Below, piece by piece: positions 10,464-21,800 of a DNA stretch of 64,000 nucleotides. The position numbers and the translations under genes are program-made. Below the pieces are notes generated by a model. It ran no database searches, was not told where the DNA came from, and saw only the letters and a list, made by a program, of their open reading frames with translations. Positions within the stretch are counted from its first letter, which is position 1. Each line of letters opens with the position of its first letter. This DNA is from Syntrophales bacterium (GTDB taxonomy: Bacteria > Desulfobacterota > Syntrophia > Syntrophales > UBA2185), in contig JBKQQP010000026.1 of the NCBI GenBank assembly GCA_052144335.1, positions 135,768 to 199,767 of the forward strand, in the 5' to 3' direction.

Positions 10464-11234
10464 ATGTTAGGGGCAATTGCAGGTGATGTTATCGGTTCCG
10501 TGTACGAGGCTAATCCGATAAAGTATACGGACTTTCCTCTCTTCGGCCGCTGTTCGCATTTTACCGACGATACGGTCCTGACAGTGGCAGCTGCCTATTC
10601 AATTTTAGAAAAATGCGATTACGCCACAGCCTTTAAGACATTCGGGAGAAGGTACCCTGGCGCGGGTTACGGGGCGTCGTTCTATGAATGGTTATTTTCG
10701 CCGCAGAGTGGGCCATACAACAGCTGGGGCAACGGCTCCGCCATGAGAGTGAGCCCCATAGGCTTCGCCTTCGATTCCATTGAAGCGGTTTTGAATGAAG
10801 CGGAAAGAAGCGCCTCCGTTACTCACAATCACCCCGAAGGAATAAAAGGCGCTCAGGCAACGGCTCTCTCGGTTTTTTTTGCCCGCATGGGCGAAGATAA
10901 GAATTCTATAAGAAGCGAGATAGAGAAACGCTTCGCATATGACCTTAGCCGCACCCTCGATGATATAAGACCTGGATACCGGTTTGATGTGTCGTCTCAG
11001 GGTTCGGTACCGGAGGCCGTCACAGCATTTCTGGAGTCCGAAGATTTCGAAGATGCGATTAGAAAAGCCGTATCCCTCGGGGGTGACAGTGACACGATGG
11101 CGTGTATTGCCGGAGGCATTGCCCAGGCATTTTACGGGGAGATACCGGAGAATATTGTCGCGAACGTGAGAGAGAGATTGCCCGCTGAGTTCCTGGAGAT
11201 CATAGACAGGTTTGCCGACGTCTACGGCTTATAG
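10464..11234 (+). CDS. ADP-ribosylglycohydrolase family protein
   Basis: GAIAGDVIGS, FTDDT, GNGSAMR and GGDSDTMACIAGG motifs are typical of the DraG/ARH family. Start taken at MLGAIAGD. Confidence 0.75.
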   Translation: MLGAIAGDVIGSVYEANPIKYTDFPLFGRCSHFTDDTVLTVAAAYSILEKCDYATAFKTFGRRYPGAGYGASFYEWLFSPQSGPYNSWGNGSAMRVSPIGFAFDSIEAVLNEAERSASVTHNHPEGIKGAQATALSVFFARMGEDKNSIRSEIEKRFAYDLSRTLDDIRPGYRFDVSSQGSVPEAVTAFLESEDFEDAIRKAVSLGGDSDTMACIAGGIAQAFYGEIPENIVANVRERLPAEFLEIIDRFADVYGL

Positions 11235-11293
11235 AAAATCAAGGGTAGCAATCGCTATAGCGATTGGATATTGAAAGGAGGGGATTTTACGTC

Positions 11294-11677
11294 ATGCCCG
11301 AGCAGGTGAAAATAACCATAGGTAATGTAACGTTAAGGGCCGAGCTCTTTGACACAGCATGCGCCAAAGCAATAGCAGCAAGGCTTCCCATCAAGGCAAG
11401 GCCTGACGAATGGGGCGATGAATATTACTTTGAAATATCCTTGACGGTTCCTCTCGATGAAACGGCGACGACAAAGGTAAAAGTCGGAGATATCGGCTAC
11501 TGGCCGCCGGGAAGGGCAATGGCTATATTTTTCGGACGGACGCCGATAAGCACCGGGTCTGCCCCCGTCCCCGCAAGCGCGGTCAATCTCGTCGGAAAAA
11601 TCATCGATGATGCAACCCTACTTAAGAAGGCAAGAGGGGCCGCCGAAATAATAATCGAAACATTGCAGGGTGTGTAA
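11294..11677 (+). CDS. Cyclophilin-like fold protein of unknown function
   Basis: The pattern ITIGNVTLRAELFDT...A..I...LP, GDIGYWPPGRAMAIFFG resembles the cyclophilin-like superfamily. Strong RBS GAAAGGAGGGG lies upstream of 11294. Confidence 0.6.
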   Translation: MPEQVKITIGNVTLRAELFDTACAKAIAARLPIKARPDEWGDEYYFEISLTVPLDETATTKVKVGDIGYWPPGRAMAIFFGRTPISTGSAPVPASAVNLVGKIIDDATLLKKARGAAEIIIETLQGV

Positions 11678-11711
11678 GCTGCAGTACCATACACCCCCAG
11701 CGGATATTTCC

Positions 11712-12389
11712 ATGCAAGGAATCATTCAGATAGCCGGTGTCGTCGATAGAGCAGAAGCCATGATGCTTGTGGAGGCTGGCGTCCATCAGATCGGATTTCC
11801 GTTTGGTCTCACAGTTCATGAAGAAGACATTTCCGCAGAGGATGCGGCCAGAATCATCCGTCTTTTGAAGCCGCCTGCATCTTCCGTATTGATTACCTAT
11901 TTGAGCAAGGCGGAAAACATTCTTGATCTTTGCAAAAAGATCGGAGCCCACAAGGTGCAGCTTCATGGCGGTATATCTCTTACGGAGATCGCGAGACTCA
12001 AATCGCTCGCGCCTGATGTCAACGTGATCAAGAGCCTTATTGTGAAAGATGATAATCTCAGAGAACTGGAGTCATCTGTTGCCGCGTTCGGTCCTCATTG
12101 CGACGCATTTATAACGGATACATACGATCAGGCATCCGGCGCGTGCGGAGCAACCGGTAAAGCCCATGACTGGGATATCAGTCGCCGGCTTTGCGATATC
12201 TCTCCCAGGCCGGTCATGCTGGCCGGCGGTCTCAATCCGGAGAATGTCTGTAAAGCCATAACCCATGTGCGGCCGGCCGGCGTGGATGCACATACGGGTG
12301 TCGAAGGGCCCGATGGGAGAAAAGATGCCGCCCTCGTCAGGGCATTTGTCAGGGAGGCGCTCGCTGCCTTTCAGAATTCCTCCCTCTGA
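11712..12389 (+). CDS. Phosphoribosylanthranilate isomerase-like (TrpF family) TIM-barrel protein, not in a trp operon
   Basis: IQIAGV...A......GV..IGF, VQLHG and MLAGGLNPENV blocks resemble TrpF. No other trp genes are nearby. Confidence 0.6.
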   Translation: MQGIIQIAGVVDRAEAMMLVEAGVHQIGFPFGLTVHEEDISAEDAARIIRLLKPPASSVLITYLSKAENILDLCKKIGAHKVQLHGGISLTEIARLKSLAPDVNVIKSLIVKDDNLRELESSVAAFGPHCDAFITDTYDQASGACGATGKAHDWDISRRLCDISPRPVMLAGGLNPENVCKAITHVRPAGVDAHTGVEGPDGRKDAALVRAFVREALAAFQNSSL

Positions 12390-12470
12390 AAAAAGAGCGC
12401 ACGGGTGATTTTAATTAACCCCCTATGTAAGTTTACAGACTTTTCAATAAGGGAGAGATGGGGTGAGAAC

Positions 12471-12878
12471 ATGAAACAGTTTGCTGTGCGAACCAATGCA
12501 AGGGCTGAAATGATCGACATCACCGACCGCATAAGAATCCTTGTCAAAGAGAGCGGGATCAAGAGCGGCTTCTGCCATGTCTTTGTTCCACATACAACGG
12601 CGGCCATTACCATAAACGAAAATGCGGATCCTGATGTGCCTCGGGACATACTGGCGGAGCTGGGGAAAATTATTCCCTTCAATAATCACTACCGGCACGT
12701 GGAAGGAAACTCCGCGGCCCACATCAAAGCCTCTATCGTAGGGGCTTCAGAAACAGTATTTATAGAAAATGGCGAGCTGGTTTTGGGCACATGGCAGTCT
12801 ATCTTCTTCTGTGAATTTGATGGTCCGCGGTCGCGGCAGGTCAATGTCATGCTATCACCGTCTCAAGCACCTAAATAG
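12471..12878 (+). CDS. YjbQ/UPF0047 family protein
   Basis: IDITD, GFCHVFVPHTTAAITINENADPDV, GNSAAHIKASIVG and GTWQSIFFCEFDGPRSR are characteristic of the family. Confidence 0.8.
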   Translation: MKQFAVRTNARAEMIDITDRIRILVKESGIKSGFCHVFVPHTTAAITINENADPDVPRDILAELGKIIPFNNHYRHVEGNSAAHIKASIVGASETVFIENGELVLGTWQSIFFCEFDGPRSRQVNVMLSPSQAPK

Positions 12879-13001
12879 CATCTGCAAAGAGAATGCATGG
12901 GCATGGGAGTGATCATTCTAGGATCTGCAACCTGCGTCCCTTCATTGAGGCAAAGCTCATCCTCTTTCGTTCTTCATTAATGGCACTTTGGCTATTTAAG
13001 G

Positions 13002-13313
13002 CTATAATTTTTCGAACATGGCCTGGAGTTCTTTGATCAAAGCGATCTCCATGTCGATGAAGCGCATGTCGGTGAGTATGAATTCGACTTCGTAATAAGT
13101 CTGGTACTCCACGGCGCTGGTGGCATGCTCGACGACCCTCGTGATGGCGATGTCTCTGAGGCCTTCGTAGTCTTTAGTACGGGATATCTCCGTCTTGCGG
13201 AGGATGAGGAGCATGGCCTTCTTGGCATCTTCTACTGTCTTAAGAATAATATCAATCCCCTCCAGGTTCTTGATGGCCTTGGTGATCTTTTCATCCCTTA
13301 CCCTGATTTTCAT
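13002..13313 (-). CDS. Hypothetical protein (103 aa)
   Basis: Clean ORF with protein-like composition. No recognisable motif. Confidence 0.45.
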   Translation of the reverse strand: MKIRVRDEKITKAIKNLEGIDIILKTVEDAKKAMLLILRKTEISRTKDYEGLRDIAITRVVEHATSAVEYQTYYEVEFILTDMRFIDMEIALIKELQAMFEKL

Positions 13314-13527
13314 AGTCCCCCCCGCTTCCGGTGATTGCTTCTCTCGTCGCGCACGGTCGCTTAATTCAAGAGGAGTGTATTAAATTTGAGGCGGGACGTC
13401 AATAAGATTGACGCGACGAAGCCTAATCATAAAGACAAACAAATGCCGCACAGCCTTGCCGATCCGGAAAACATGTGCTCAGTCATAAATCCTTGTGAAG
13501 TAAGGTTACGACGGGTGAGCTGATTGA

Positions 13528-13797
13528 TCACTTTTTTTTCTTCCGCCTGTCCAGAATTTCGGTAAGAATTGGAAGTAGGACTAATCCAGAGGGCAAGACA
13601 ATTATCATCAAGAGTGGGGCATGGAGGGACAAACGCTTCACATGTGACTTAAGATGATGAGTTTCTTTTTCTGTCCATTGAATGCCGGTGTTTCTATATT
13701 TCATCAAAAGGCGCATGAAACCCATCATATGCAGGCCTTCCTCAAGTACCATATCCCTATTCTTTGCAAAGAGCTCCCTGAAAAATAATTTTATCAT
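13528..13797 (-). CDS. Hypothetical small protein with C-terminal TM helix and basic tail
   Basis: The ORF has a hydrophobic segment APLLMIIVLPSGLVLLPIL followed by RRKKKK. No family recognised. Confidence 0.4.
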   Translation of the reverse strand: MIKLFFRELFAKNRDMVLEEGLHMMGFMRLLMKYRNTGIQWTEKETHHLKSHVKRLSLHAPLLMIIVLPSGLVLLPILTEILDRRKKKK

Positions 13798-13833
13798 GGA
13801 CGAGAAATTTCATATGGGCAGTACTTGTGCAAG

Positions 13834-16644
13834 TCAATGCAATACTTTTCGCAGGAACTGACCGGTAAACGATTCCTTCGCACAGGCAACTTCTTCGGGG
13901 GTGCCGGACGAGACGATTCGGCCTCCGCCGGGTCCACCCTCCGGCCCAAGATCAATAATATGGTCAGCACACTTGATTACATCAAGATTATGTTCTATCA
14001 CAAGAACTGTATTACCCATATCTACCAGTCTTACGAGGACATCAAGTAATTTCTGAATATCAGCGGAATGAAGGCCGATAGTCGGCTCATCGAGGATATA
14101 GAGGGTGTTGCTGTTCATGCGCTTTCCCAGCTCCCTCGATAATTTGATACGCTGGGCTTCTCCCCCGGAGAGAGTTGTCGCCGACTGACCCAATCTGATG
14201 TAACTAAGACCGACATCGAAAAGAAGCTGGAGTTTGGATCGTACAGCAGGAATATTATCGAAGAAGGACAGGGCCTGATTTACGGACATGTCGAGGACGT
14301 CGGCAATGTTTTTGTCTTTATATTTGATTTCCAAGGTGTCGCGGTTAAATCTTTTCCCGCGACAGACATCGCACGTCACATATACATCAGGGAGAAAATG
14401 CATTTCGATCTTGATGAGGCCGTTTCCCTCGCAGGCCTCGCATCTGCCTCCCTTGACGTTGAAACTGAAACGGCCGGGCTTATAGCCTCTGATCCTCGAT
14501 TCCGGAAGACCCGTGAAAAGATCCCGGATATGCGAGAAAATTCCCGTGTACGTCACAGGATTGGAACGGGGTGTGCGCCCTATAGGCTGCTGGTTCATGA
14601 TGATGACCCTTTCAATTCCGCCGAGGTCCACGATCCGCTTGATCTTTCCCATGCCGCCTTGATAGTTATCGAGTCTCCTGGCCATGGCCTTATATAATGT
14701 TTCGATCACCATGGTGCTTTTCCCGGAACCGGAAACACCTGTCACGGCTGTAAATAGTCCCACAGGAATCTTGATATCTATGTTTTTTAGATTATGCTCA
14801 CGCGCCCCTTCTATAACAATACACCTGTCCGGCATAGATCTCCTCTTTTCGGGAATAGGGATGGCAAGTTTTCCCGAGAGATACAACCCTGTCAAGGATT
14901 TATCGCTTTCGCAGATTTCCTCAGGTGTACCATGGAAGACGACTTCGCCTCCGTCGAATCCAGCGCCTGGCCCCATGTCGAGAATGTAATCGGACGACAT
15001 CATCATGGCCGGGTCATGCTCCACAACCAAGACCGTATTCCCCATATCTCTCAGTCGCTTGAGAGTGGAAATCAGTCTTGCATTATCTCTTTGGTGGAGA
15101 CCTATCGTCGGTTCATCAAGAACATAAAGGACGCCCACAAGTCCCGATCCTATCTGAGTCGCCAGTCTGATACGCTGGCCTTCGCCGCCGGAAAGGCTGC
15201 CTGACGAACGTTCCAGGCTAAGGTAATCCATGCCCACATCGGCTAAGAATTTCAGTCTCTCCTTAATTTCCTTAAGGATTCTTTCGGAGATGAGGGCTTC
15301 CTGGTTTGACAGAGGCAGCCTTTCGAAGAAAGCAAGGCACTCTTTTATACAGAGCCTGCACACTTCATAGATATTCTTGTCTTCCACGGTGACAGCGAGG
15401 CTCTCTTTCTTCAGACGTGCACCGTGGCAGGTCGGACATTCCTGCAAGTTGATGTAACGCGACAGCTCCATCCTAACGGCATTGGAGTTGGTTTCCTTAT
15501 AGCGCCGGTCAAGCTGTTTAAGTATCCCTTCAAATGGCCTGCTGTAAAAAAAGCGCCGGCCCTCCCTGTCAAGATAGAACCTGATCATCTCCTTTCCCGA
15601 GCCATACAGAAGAACAGTTTGGATCTCCTTCGGCAGTTGATGGAAGGGGCTGTTTAGATTGAAACCATAGTGCTGCGACAGGGCGTCCAGCATCTGGTAG
15701 TGATAAACGGAACTCCTCCCAGACCAAGGGGCGATTGCGCCTTCCCGCACGGAAAGTTCCCGATCGGGCACTACGAGATTCTCGTCAAAATACATCCTGG
15801 TGCCGAGTCCATCGCAATCGAGGCAGGCGCCATAGGGGCTATTAAATGAAAAATTACGGGGAGCCAGTTCGGGCATGCTGATGCCGCATTCCGGGCAAGC
15901 ATACTTCTCGCTGAAAAGAATCTCGTCGCCCCCCGCAACATCGACGCGCACGAGCCCATCGGATAAATGGGCGGCAATCTCGAGGGAATCCCTGAGGCGC
16001 CTTCTGATCCCTTCCTTAACAAATAACCTGTCAACTACCACATCGATGTTATGGCGTTTATTCTTGTCGAGAGCAATATCATCGCCGAGTTCGCGGAGTT
16101 CCCCGTCGATACGCACTCGGACGAACCCATCTTTCTGCAGCTTCTTCAATTCTTTTTGATATTCACCTTTTTTGCCCCTGGCGACCGGGGCGAGGATACT
16201 GATTTTGGTCTTTTCAGGAAAGGCCAGGATGCTGTCAAGCATCATGTCGATAGTCTGGGATCTGATCTCTTTTCCGCATTGATAGCAGTGTGGAACCCCT
16301 ATCCGGGCGTAAAGCAGGCGGAAGTAGTCGTAGATCTCGGTGACCGTCCCTACGGTAGAACGGGGGTTATGGCTTGCTGTTCTCTGCTCAATGGCTATGG
16401 CGGGAGACAATCCCTCTATAGATTCTACGTCAGGTTTGTCCATCTGACCGATAAATTGCCTGGCATAGGCGGAGAGGGATTCCACGTAGCGTCTCTGTCC
16501 TTCAGCATAGATGGTATCGAAGGCAAGTGATGACTTGCCTGAGCCGCTGACCCCGGTTATAATAACCAACTTATCCCGAGGGATATCGATATTTATGTTT
16601 TTAAGATTGTGCTGTGATGCTCCTTTTATTCTTATGTGACTCAT
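13834..16644 (-). CDS. uvrA: Excinuclease ABC subunit A
   Basis: Two ABC modules ([20 protein letters not shown]; [16 protein letters not shown]), zinc-finger CxxC pairs, length 936 aa. Confidence 0.95.
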   Translation of the reverse strand: MSHIRIKGASQHNLKNINIDIPRDKLVIITGVSGSGKSSLAFDTIYAEGQRRYVESLSAYARQFIGQMDKPDVESIEGLSPAIAIEQRTASHNPRSTVGTVTEIYDYFRLLYARIGVPHCYQCGKEIRSQTIDMMLDSILAFPEKTKISILAPVARGKKGEYQKELKKLQKDGFVRVRIDGELRELGDDIALDKNKRHNIDVVVDRLFVKEGIRRRLRDSLEIAAHLSDGLVRVDVAGGDEILFSEKYACPECGISMPELAPRNFSFNSPYGACLDCDGLGTRMYFDENLVVPDRELSVREGAIAPWSGRSSVYHYQMLDALSQHYGFNLNSPFHQLPKEIQTVLLYGSGKEMIRFYLDREGRRFFYSRPFEGILKQLDRRYKETNSNAVRMELSRYINLQECPTCHGARLKKESLAVTVEDKNIYEVCRLCIKECLAFFERLPLSNQEALISERILKEIKERLKFLADVGMDYLSLERSSGSLSGGEGQRIRLATQIGSGLVGVLYVLDEPTIGLHQRDNARLISTLKRLRDMGNTVLVVEHDPAMMMSSDYILDMGPGAGFDGGEVVFHGTPEEICESDKSLTGLYLSGKLAIPIPEKRRSMPDRCIVIEGAREHNLKNIDIKIPVGLFTAVTGVSGSGKSTMVIETLYKAMARRLDNYQGGMGKIKRIVDLGGIERVIIMNQQPIGRTPRSNPVTYTGIFSHIRDLFTGLPESRIRGYKPGRFSFNVKGGRCEACEGNGLIKIEMHFLPDVYVTCDVCRGKRFNRDTLEIKYKDKNIADVLDMSVNQALSFFDNIPAVRSKLQLLFDVGLSYIRLGQSATTLSGGEAQRIKLSRELGKRMNSNTLYILDEPTIGLHSADIQKLLDVLVRLVDMGNTVLVIEHNLDVIKCADHIIDLGPEGGPGGGRIVSSGTPEEVACAKESFTGQFLRKVLH

Positions 16645-16813
16645 TCCTTGATTAACTCTTCAAAGGTTAAAAAACGTGCCTCTCAGTTATTGCCATCTTT
16701 TCCCTTTGCCCAGGGCAAAATCGGCAAATTATCTCGCAGCACTTTTGGATAAAAAAATATTGAGGCGGCGTCGCGATCACCGGTCCGGCCTCTTTCCCAC
16801 GATAATGTTATCC

Positions 16814-17791
16814 CTACAGTTTTATCTCAATGAGGGACTTTTTTCTCATCTCTTTAATCCAATCTTCGTACTTCTTATCGATCTTTTCCTCCTCAAGTTT
16901 TGCCTTGATTTCTTCGCGTACGGATTCGATGGGTTTTATTCCTGCACCTCTTCTGTCTGAAGCTTGGATTATGTGTAAACCGACAGGGGATTCGATTACC
17001 TGGCTTATCTCGTCCTTCTTCAAGCCAAAAGCAACACTCTCGACTGCAGGAAGCATTGACCCCTTTTCAATAAAACCGAGATCATTAAAGGCAGCGGCAG
17101 AGGGGCCGCGGGAATATTCTACCGCGAGCAGTTCAAATTGCTCTCCATTCAGCAGGCGCTTATGTATTGCATCCATTTCTCCCCGGAGCTGGGTCTTAAT
17201 TTTTGCATCAGCCCCTTTGGGAAACAGGATCAGTATCTGTTTGATCCGGACAGCTTCCTTGCCCTCATAAGCATCACGGTTCTTGCGATAATATTCACCT
17301 ATCTCTTCTTCAGTGACTGCAACCTTGGATTTTATTTCGCGGCTGAGCAATCTCATGCGGAGGAGGTGCGCCTTGACTTCTTTCCTGTGCGCCTCGAGGG
17401 AGGAGTTCTCTTTCGCCAGCTCATTAACCAGGTCCTCCATCTTCATCTTTCTCCGGGCAAGGAAGTCGTTTATGGTATCGGTAACTTCCTCGTCCTTAAT
17501 TATCATTTGCGTTTTCTTCGCCTCCTGATCAATAATAATGTTGTCAATCATCTTGTTCAACAATGCGAGTCTGTTTTCTGCCATGACCTTTTCCTTGTCC
17601 GGGCCTTTATATCCTTCCTCTATCCTTTTGATGAAAGGTTCAAAAGCGGAATTAAGCTCTGATAGGGTTATAACGTCGCCGTTTACGACGGCAACGATTC
17701 TTTCCGCGATTTCCGCTATGGCGGGAACGGATATGAATATCCCCGCAGCGATGATAATATATTTCCATGTAGCTGATATTTTCACTATCAC
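16814..17791 (-). CDS. SurA-like periplasmic chaperone / parvulin-type peptidyl-prolyl isomerase
   Basis: Signal sequence, SurA_N-like region (IVAVVNGDVITLSEL) and parvulin domain (GDLGFIEKGSMLPAVE..., SPVGLHII). Confidence 0.8.
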   Translation of the reverse strand: MIVKISATWKYIIIAAGIFISVPAIAEIAERIVAVVNGDVITLSELNSAFEPFIKRIEEGYKGPDKEKVMAENRLALLNKMIDNIIIDQEAKKTQMIIKDEEVTDTINDFLARRKMKMEDLVNELAKENSSLEAHRKEVKAHLLRMRLLSREIKSKVAVTEEEIGEYYRKNRDAYEGKEAVRIKQILILFPKGADAKIKTQLRGEMDAIHKRLLNGEQFELLAVEYSRGPSAAAFNDLGFIEKGSMLPAVESVAFGLKKDEISQVIESPVGLHIIQASDRRGAGIKPIESVREEIKAKLEEEKIDKKYEDWIKEMRKKSLIEIKL

Positions 17792-17797
17792 ACCTCG

Positions 17798-18859
17798 TCA
17801 TTCTGCTTCACTAATCGAGAGGACAATTTCTTTTTTCAGAAGGTCCCTGTTAATTCTTATTTCTGCCTTTGATCTCAGAGCGCTCAGCCATAGTGCATAC
17901 TCCTCTTCCTCTTTTTGCTTCCTCAGATCGGTTAGGACCTGGCTCTTGATAACGTCCCACCTTTTCTTGTCCTTTTCTATGATCTTAAAAATGTGATATC
18001 CAAAGGGACTTCTTATGACCGGTCCGATTTCTCCGGGTTGTTGCGAAAAGATAGCGGCATCAATTTCTTCTGGCATGAAGCCCTGACTTACAAAACCAAG
18101 GTCTCCACCTGACTTCGCCTCGGGACCAATGGATTCTTCACGGGCTACCTTACCAAAATCCTCGCCCCTCATCAACCTCTTCAGGATGGCTGCAGCCTTT
18201 TCCCGCTCCCTCACAACTATCTGGGCTACGTGCACTCTTTTTTCCGGAGCATACATGCCCTTGTGCCCTCTGCGATACGCCTTTCCTTCATCCTCTTTCA
18301 CTTGAACTTTAGAACTTACCTCCGCTGCAATCAGCTTTTCCAGGATTGTCCGTTTTCTCAGCTCCTCTTTCCATTGGCCATAATCGATTTTTCGCGTCGC
18401 CAGGACATTGTCAAAACCGCCTTCTTCCAGCGAATAGCTTTCTCTAATATCTTCAATCTTCTGCGCCAATTCAGCATCGCTGACGGATATGGATAGCTCT
18501 TTGGCGCGAAGCAGCATGACCTTTTCATCAATCAAGATATTTAGAACCTCCTCTTTGAGGCGGTCACTGTCTTCCGGGGCTAGAGATGATCTGTCCAGTA
18601 ATGAATTCACATCTCTAACAAATCTCTTATTAAACTCAGCAATCGAGATCTCCATGCCGTTTACTGTTGCCAGCGGTCTTGACGTACCATCTCCCCCGCA
18701 ACTGTATGTGGCGTAGATTAATATGGCCGTAAGAAGGCAAAGCATGATTCTGCAAGCGGGGAATACCAGCTTCCCTGCATCAAAGTTCAATTTCCGAGAG
18801 AAAGAAGAAATGAAGCTGCCCACGACGGCCGTTGTAATTTTCAATAAGAGATTCATCAA
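17798..18859 (-). CDS. Parvulin-type peptidyl-prolyl isomerase (PrsA/PpiD-like), probably lipoprotein
   Basis: The parvulin block is HVAQIVV...GGDLGFVSQGFMPEEID...SPFGYHIFK. The true start may be the internal MLCLLTAILIYATYSCGG (about 18745). The longest ORF overlaps the mfd stop by 4 nt. Confidence 0.7.
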   Translation of the reverse strand: MMNLLLKITTAVVGSFISSFSRKLNFDAGKLVFPACRIMLCLLTAILIYATYSCGGDGTSRPLATVNGMEISIAEFNKRFVRDVNSLLDRSSLAPEDSDRLKEEVLNILIDEKVMLLRAKELSISVSDAELAQKIEDIRESYSLEEGGFDNVLATRKIDYGQWKEELRKRTILEKLIAAEVSSKVQVKEDEGKAYRRGHKGMYAPEKRVHVAQIVVREREKAAAILKRLMRGEDFGKVAREESIGPEAKSGGDLGFVSQGFMPEEIDAAIFSQQPGEIGPVIRSPFGYHIFKIIEKDKKRWDVIKSQVLTDLRKQKEEEEYALWLSALRSKAEIRINRDLLKKEIVLSISEAE

Positions 18860-21800
18860 TTGATTAGCAGCCTCAGCAGTTCCTTTGCCTGCCTTGTGAC
18901 ATCGCCCGCCCTGAGACCCGGCATGAGGACGCTGAGTTTGAAATCACGTGTCAGCCTTATTCCCTCCATCTTCTTCCGCGCGAGTTCGACGATCCGCGAT
19001 GGATTGACGGGGCTTTCCCGGCTAAAGTCGATCAGCATATTTTTTCCATCGTATACCATCTTCTTCCCTTTGACAACGGTCAGTAGGTTTCTGATGCCTA
19101 TCACCTGGAAGAGATTTTCCAACTGAGACGGCACAAACCCGTAGCAGTCGACAATCTCCTCTCTGATCTTTTCTACGTCTTCATCACTGGAGGCCATGGA
19201 TAATCTCTTGTAAGTGACCAACCTGCGGTGGACATCGGGCATGTAGTCCTCGGGTATGAATGCAGGCAATCCCAAATGTATTTCCGGTTTTGCGTCTTCG
19301 ACAGGCTTTTCCTCTCCCTTGATTTCCCTGATGGTTCGCTCCATTAATTCTGTATATAACTCATATCCAACGGCCGCAATCTGTCCTGATTGGGATGTTC
19401 CGAGAATATTCCCAGCCCCTCTTATCTCCAGGTCATTGGAGGCAAGGCGGAAACCGGAACCCGGTTCGGTAAAGTCCATTATAACACGAAGCCGCCTCCG
19501 AGTATCCCGCGATAACATCACCCCCTTGGGCACCAGAAGGCAGGCATAAGCCTCTTCTTTAGACCTCCCGACTCTTCCCCTGATTTGATAGAGTTGCGCG
19601 AGTCCGAACCGGTCTGCCCGGTTGATGATTATCGTGTTCGCCGTGGGGATATCTAAACCGGAAGCTATTATGGATGTGCAGACTAAGCAATTGTAATCTC
19701 CCCGGACAAACTTTGCCATCGTATCCTCAATATCGGCGCTCTTCATCCGGCCGTGGACGACCCCGATTCTGGCTTCCGGAACAAGTCTTTCAACCAGCCT
19801 AGCCATAGTGTATATGGATTGCACCCTGTCATGGAGAAAAAATACCTGGCCGTTTCTATTAATTTCCTGCCGGATTGAGTCTCTTATTATGTCCTCGCTG
19901 AACTCGAATACTGAGGTTCTTATAGGAAGCCTATCTTCCGGAGCGGTATTGATGATGGACAAATCGCGGATGCCGACGAGTGAAAGATGCAAAGTCCTCG
20001 GTATGGGTGTCGCGGTCAAGGTGAGGACGTCCACAAGGGTTCTCAGCTTCTTAAGCTTCTCCTTATGGGTGACGCCAAAACGCTGCTCCTCATCTATAAT
20101 CACCAATCCCAGATCCTTGAACACGACATCTTTCTGCAGCAGACGATGAGTTCCGATGACGATATCCACGATGCCTGTATTCACTCCCTCCACAATTGCC
20201 CTTTGCGCCTTCTTCGTCTTCAAACGATTCAGGACCTCTACGCAGACGGGATAGTCTTTCAATCTCCGGGAAAATGTCTGATAGTGCTGTTCTGCCAGTA
20301 TCGTCGTAGGGACCAGAATGGCCACCTGTTTCGCTTCCATGGCGGCCCGGAATGACGCCCTTAAAGCAACTTCGGTCTTTCCGAATCCTGCATCGCCGCA
20401 AACCAGCCTGTCCATAGGCTTTTCATGGCCCATGTCAAGAAGGACATCCTCGATTGATCTGGACTGATCGGGTGTTTCCTCGTATTCAAAGGTGGAACAG
20501 AATTCATCGTAAATCCTATCTGGAGCCGAAAAGGCATGGCCTTCCATTACCTCCCTTGCGGCGTATATGGAAACTAGCTCTTCCGCGACCTCGCGAACTG
20601 ACTTTTTCACCTTCTCTTTTGCCGCTTCCCACGAAGAGCCGCCAAGCTTGTCAATTCTCGGAGTGACGCCTTCGGGACCGATATACCTCTGGATCTGATC
20701 TAGTCTGTCTATCGGTATATAGAGTTTGTCGCAATCCAGATATTCAAGAAGGAGGAAGTCGTTCTCGATTTCACTAATGACAAGCTTCTGAAGCCCGCGG
20801 TACACACCTATGCCGTGGTCCGTGTGGACTGCATAATCTCCCTCTTTCAGATCGCCGAATGACTTTAGGAAGTACCCTTCCCTAACATGTCTCGCCCGCC
20901 TTCGCGGTATCTTTTTGCCAAATATTTCCTCTTCCGTAATTACAATCAGTTTCAGATCTGGCAGACGGAATCCTCCCGTCAGCTTGCCCTCTCTGATGAC
21001 GAGGAGCCCGCCGCCTCTGTGCGCTTCTACGTCGACTGTGAAAGACGTTTTTGATCTGGTGACGGGCAGGCTGTATTGTTCGAGGAGATGATCCAAACGC
21101 TCCACCTCTTCCTGCCCCGTTCCTAAGAATTGTACCAGATACCCTTCATGAAGCCACTCCTTTATCTTCTCTGCGAGAGGCTTGAGCAATCCGTCTCCCT
21201 CACGTGGCCTCGGTGATGCGGGAGACGGCCTCCAATCCATGTCCGTACGAATTTCTATAGTTGAAGAAGCCGTGTCATTTTCGTTATGACGCGCATCCGT
21301 AATATGCAGGCTCTCAAGCAATACTTTTTGAAAATTATCGGATTGCCTGAGAATAGCTTCTTCCGTGAGATAAAAAGATTCTTTTTGCAAATAGAATTTC
21401 TCTCCGCCGCGGGCCTTGAGCAAGAAACGATCTATTTCGTCTTCAATATTCTCCCGGGCCTTTTCGATTGCGGGCGGATCGTCAAGAGTAAGAATGGAGT
21501 TCTCAGGTACGAAATCAAATAACGTCCCCAGCGCGCCCGCGGCATCTTGTCTTTCCGCTTCTGCTTGATGCTCGGAGACGTTCCCGACCGCTCCTTTCTC
21601 CAATGATTCGTAAAATAGAGGCAGGTACATGGGATTCACGGAAGAGATAAGGCCGTTTTCCAGCATCCCGATAAGGTTGTTCTTCACCATCCGGGAAAGC
21701 TCCAGTTCGAGAGACCTGTGCTTGATATTTTCTATGGCATGCTGTCTTCTCTCTTCAGAAAGAATCACCTCTCTCGCAGGGGTCAGCGTAAAATCTGCCA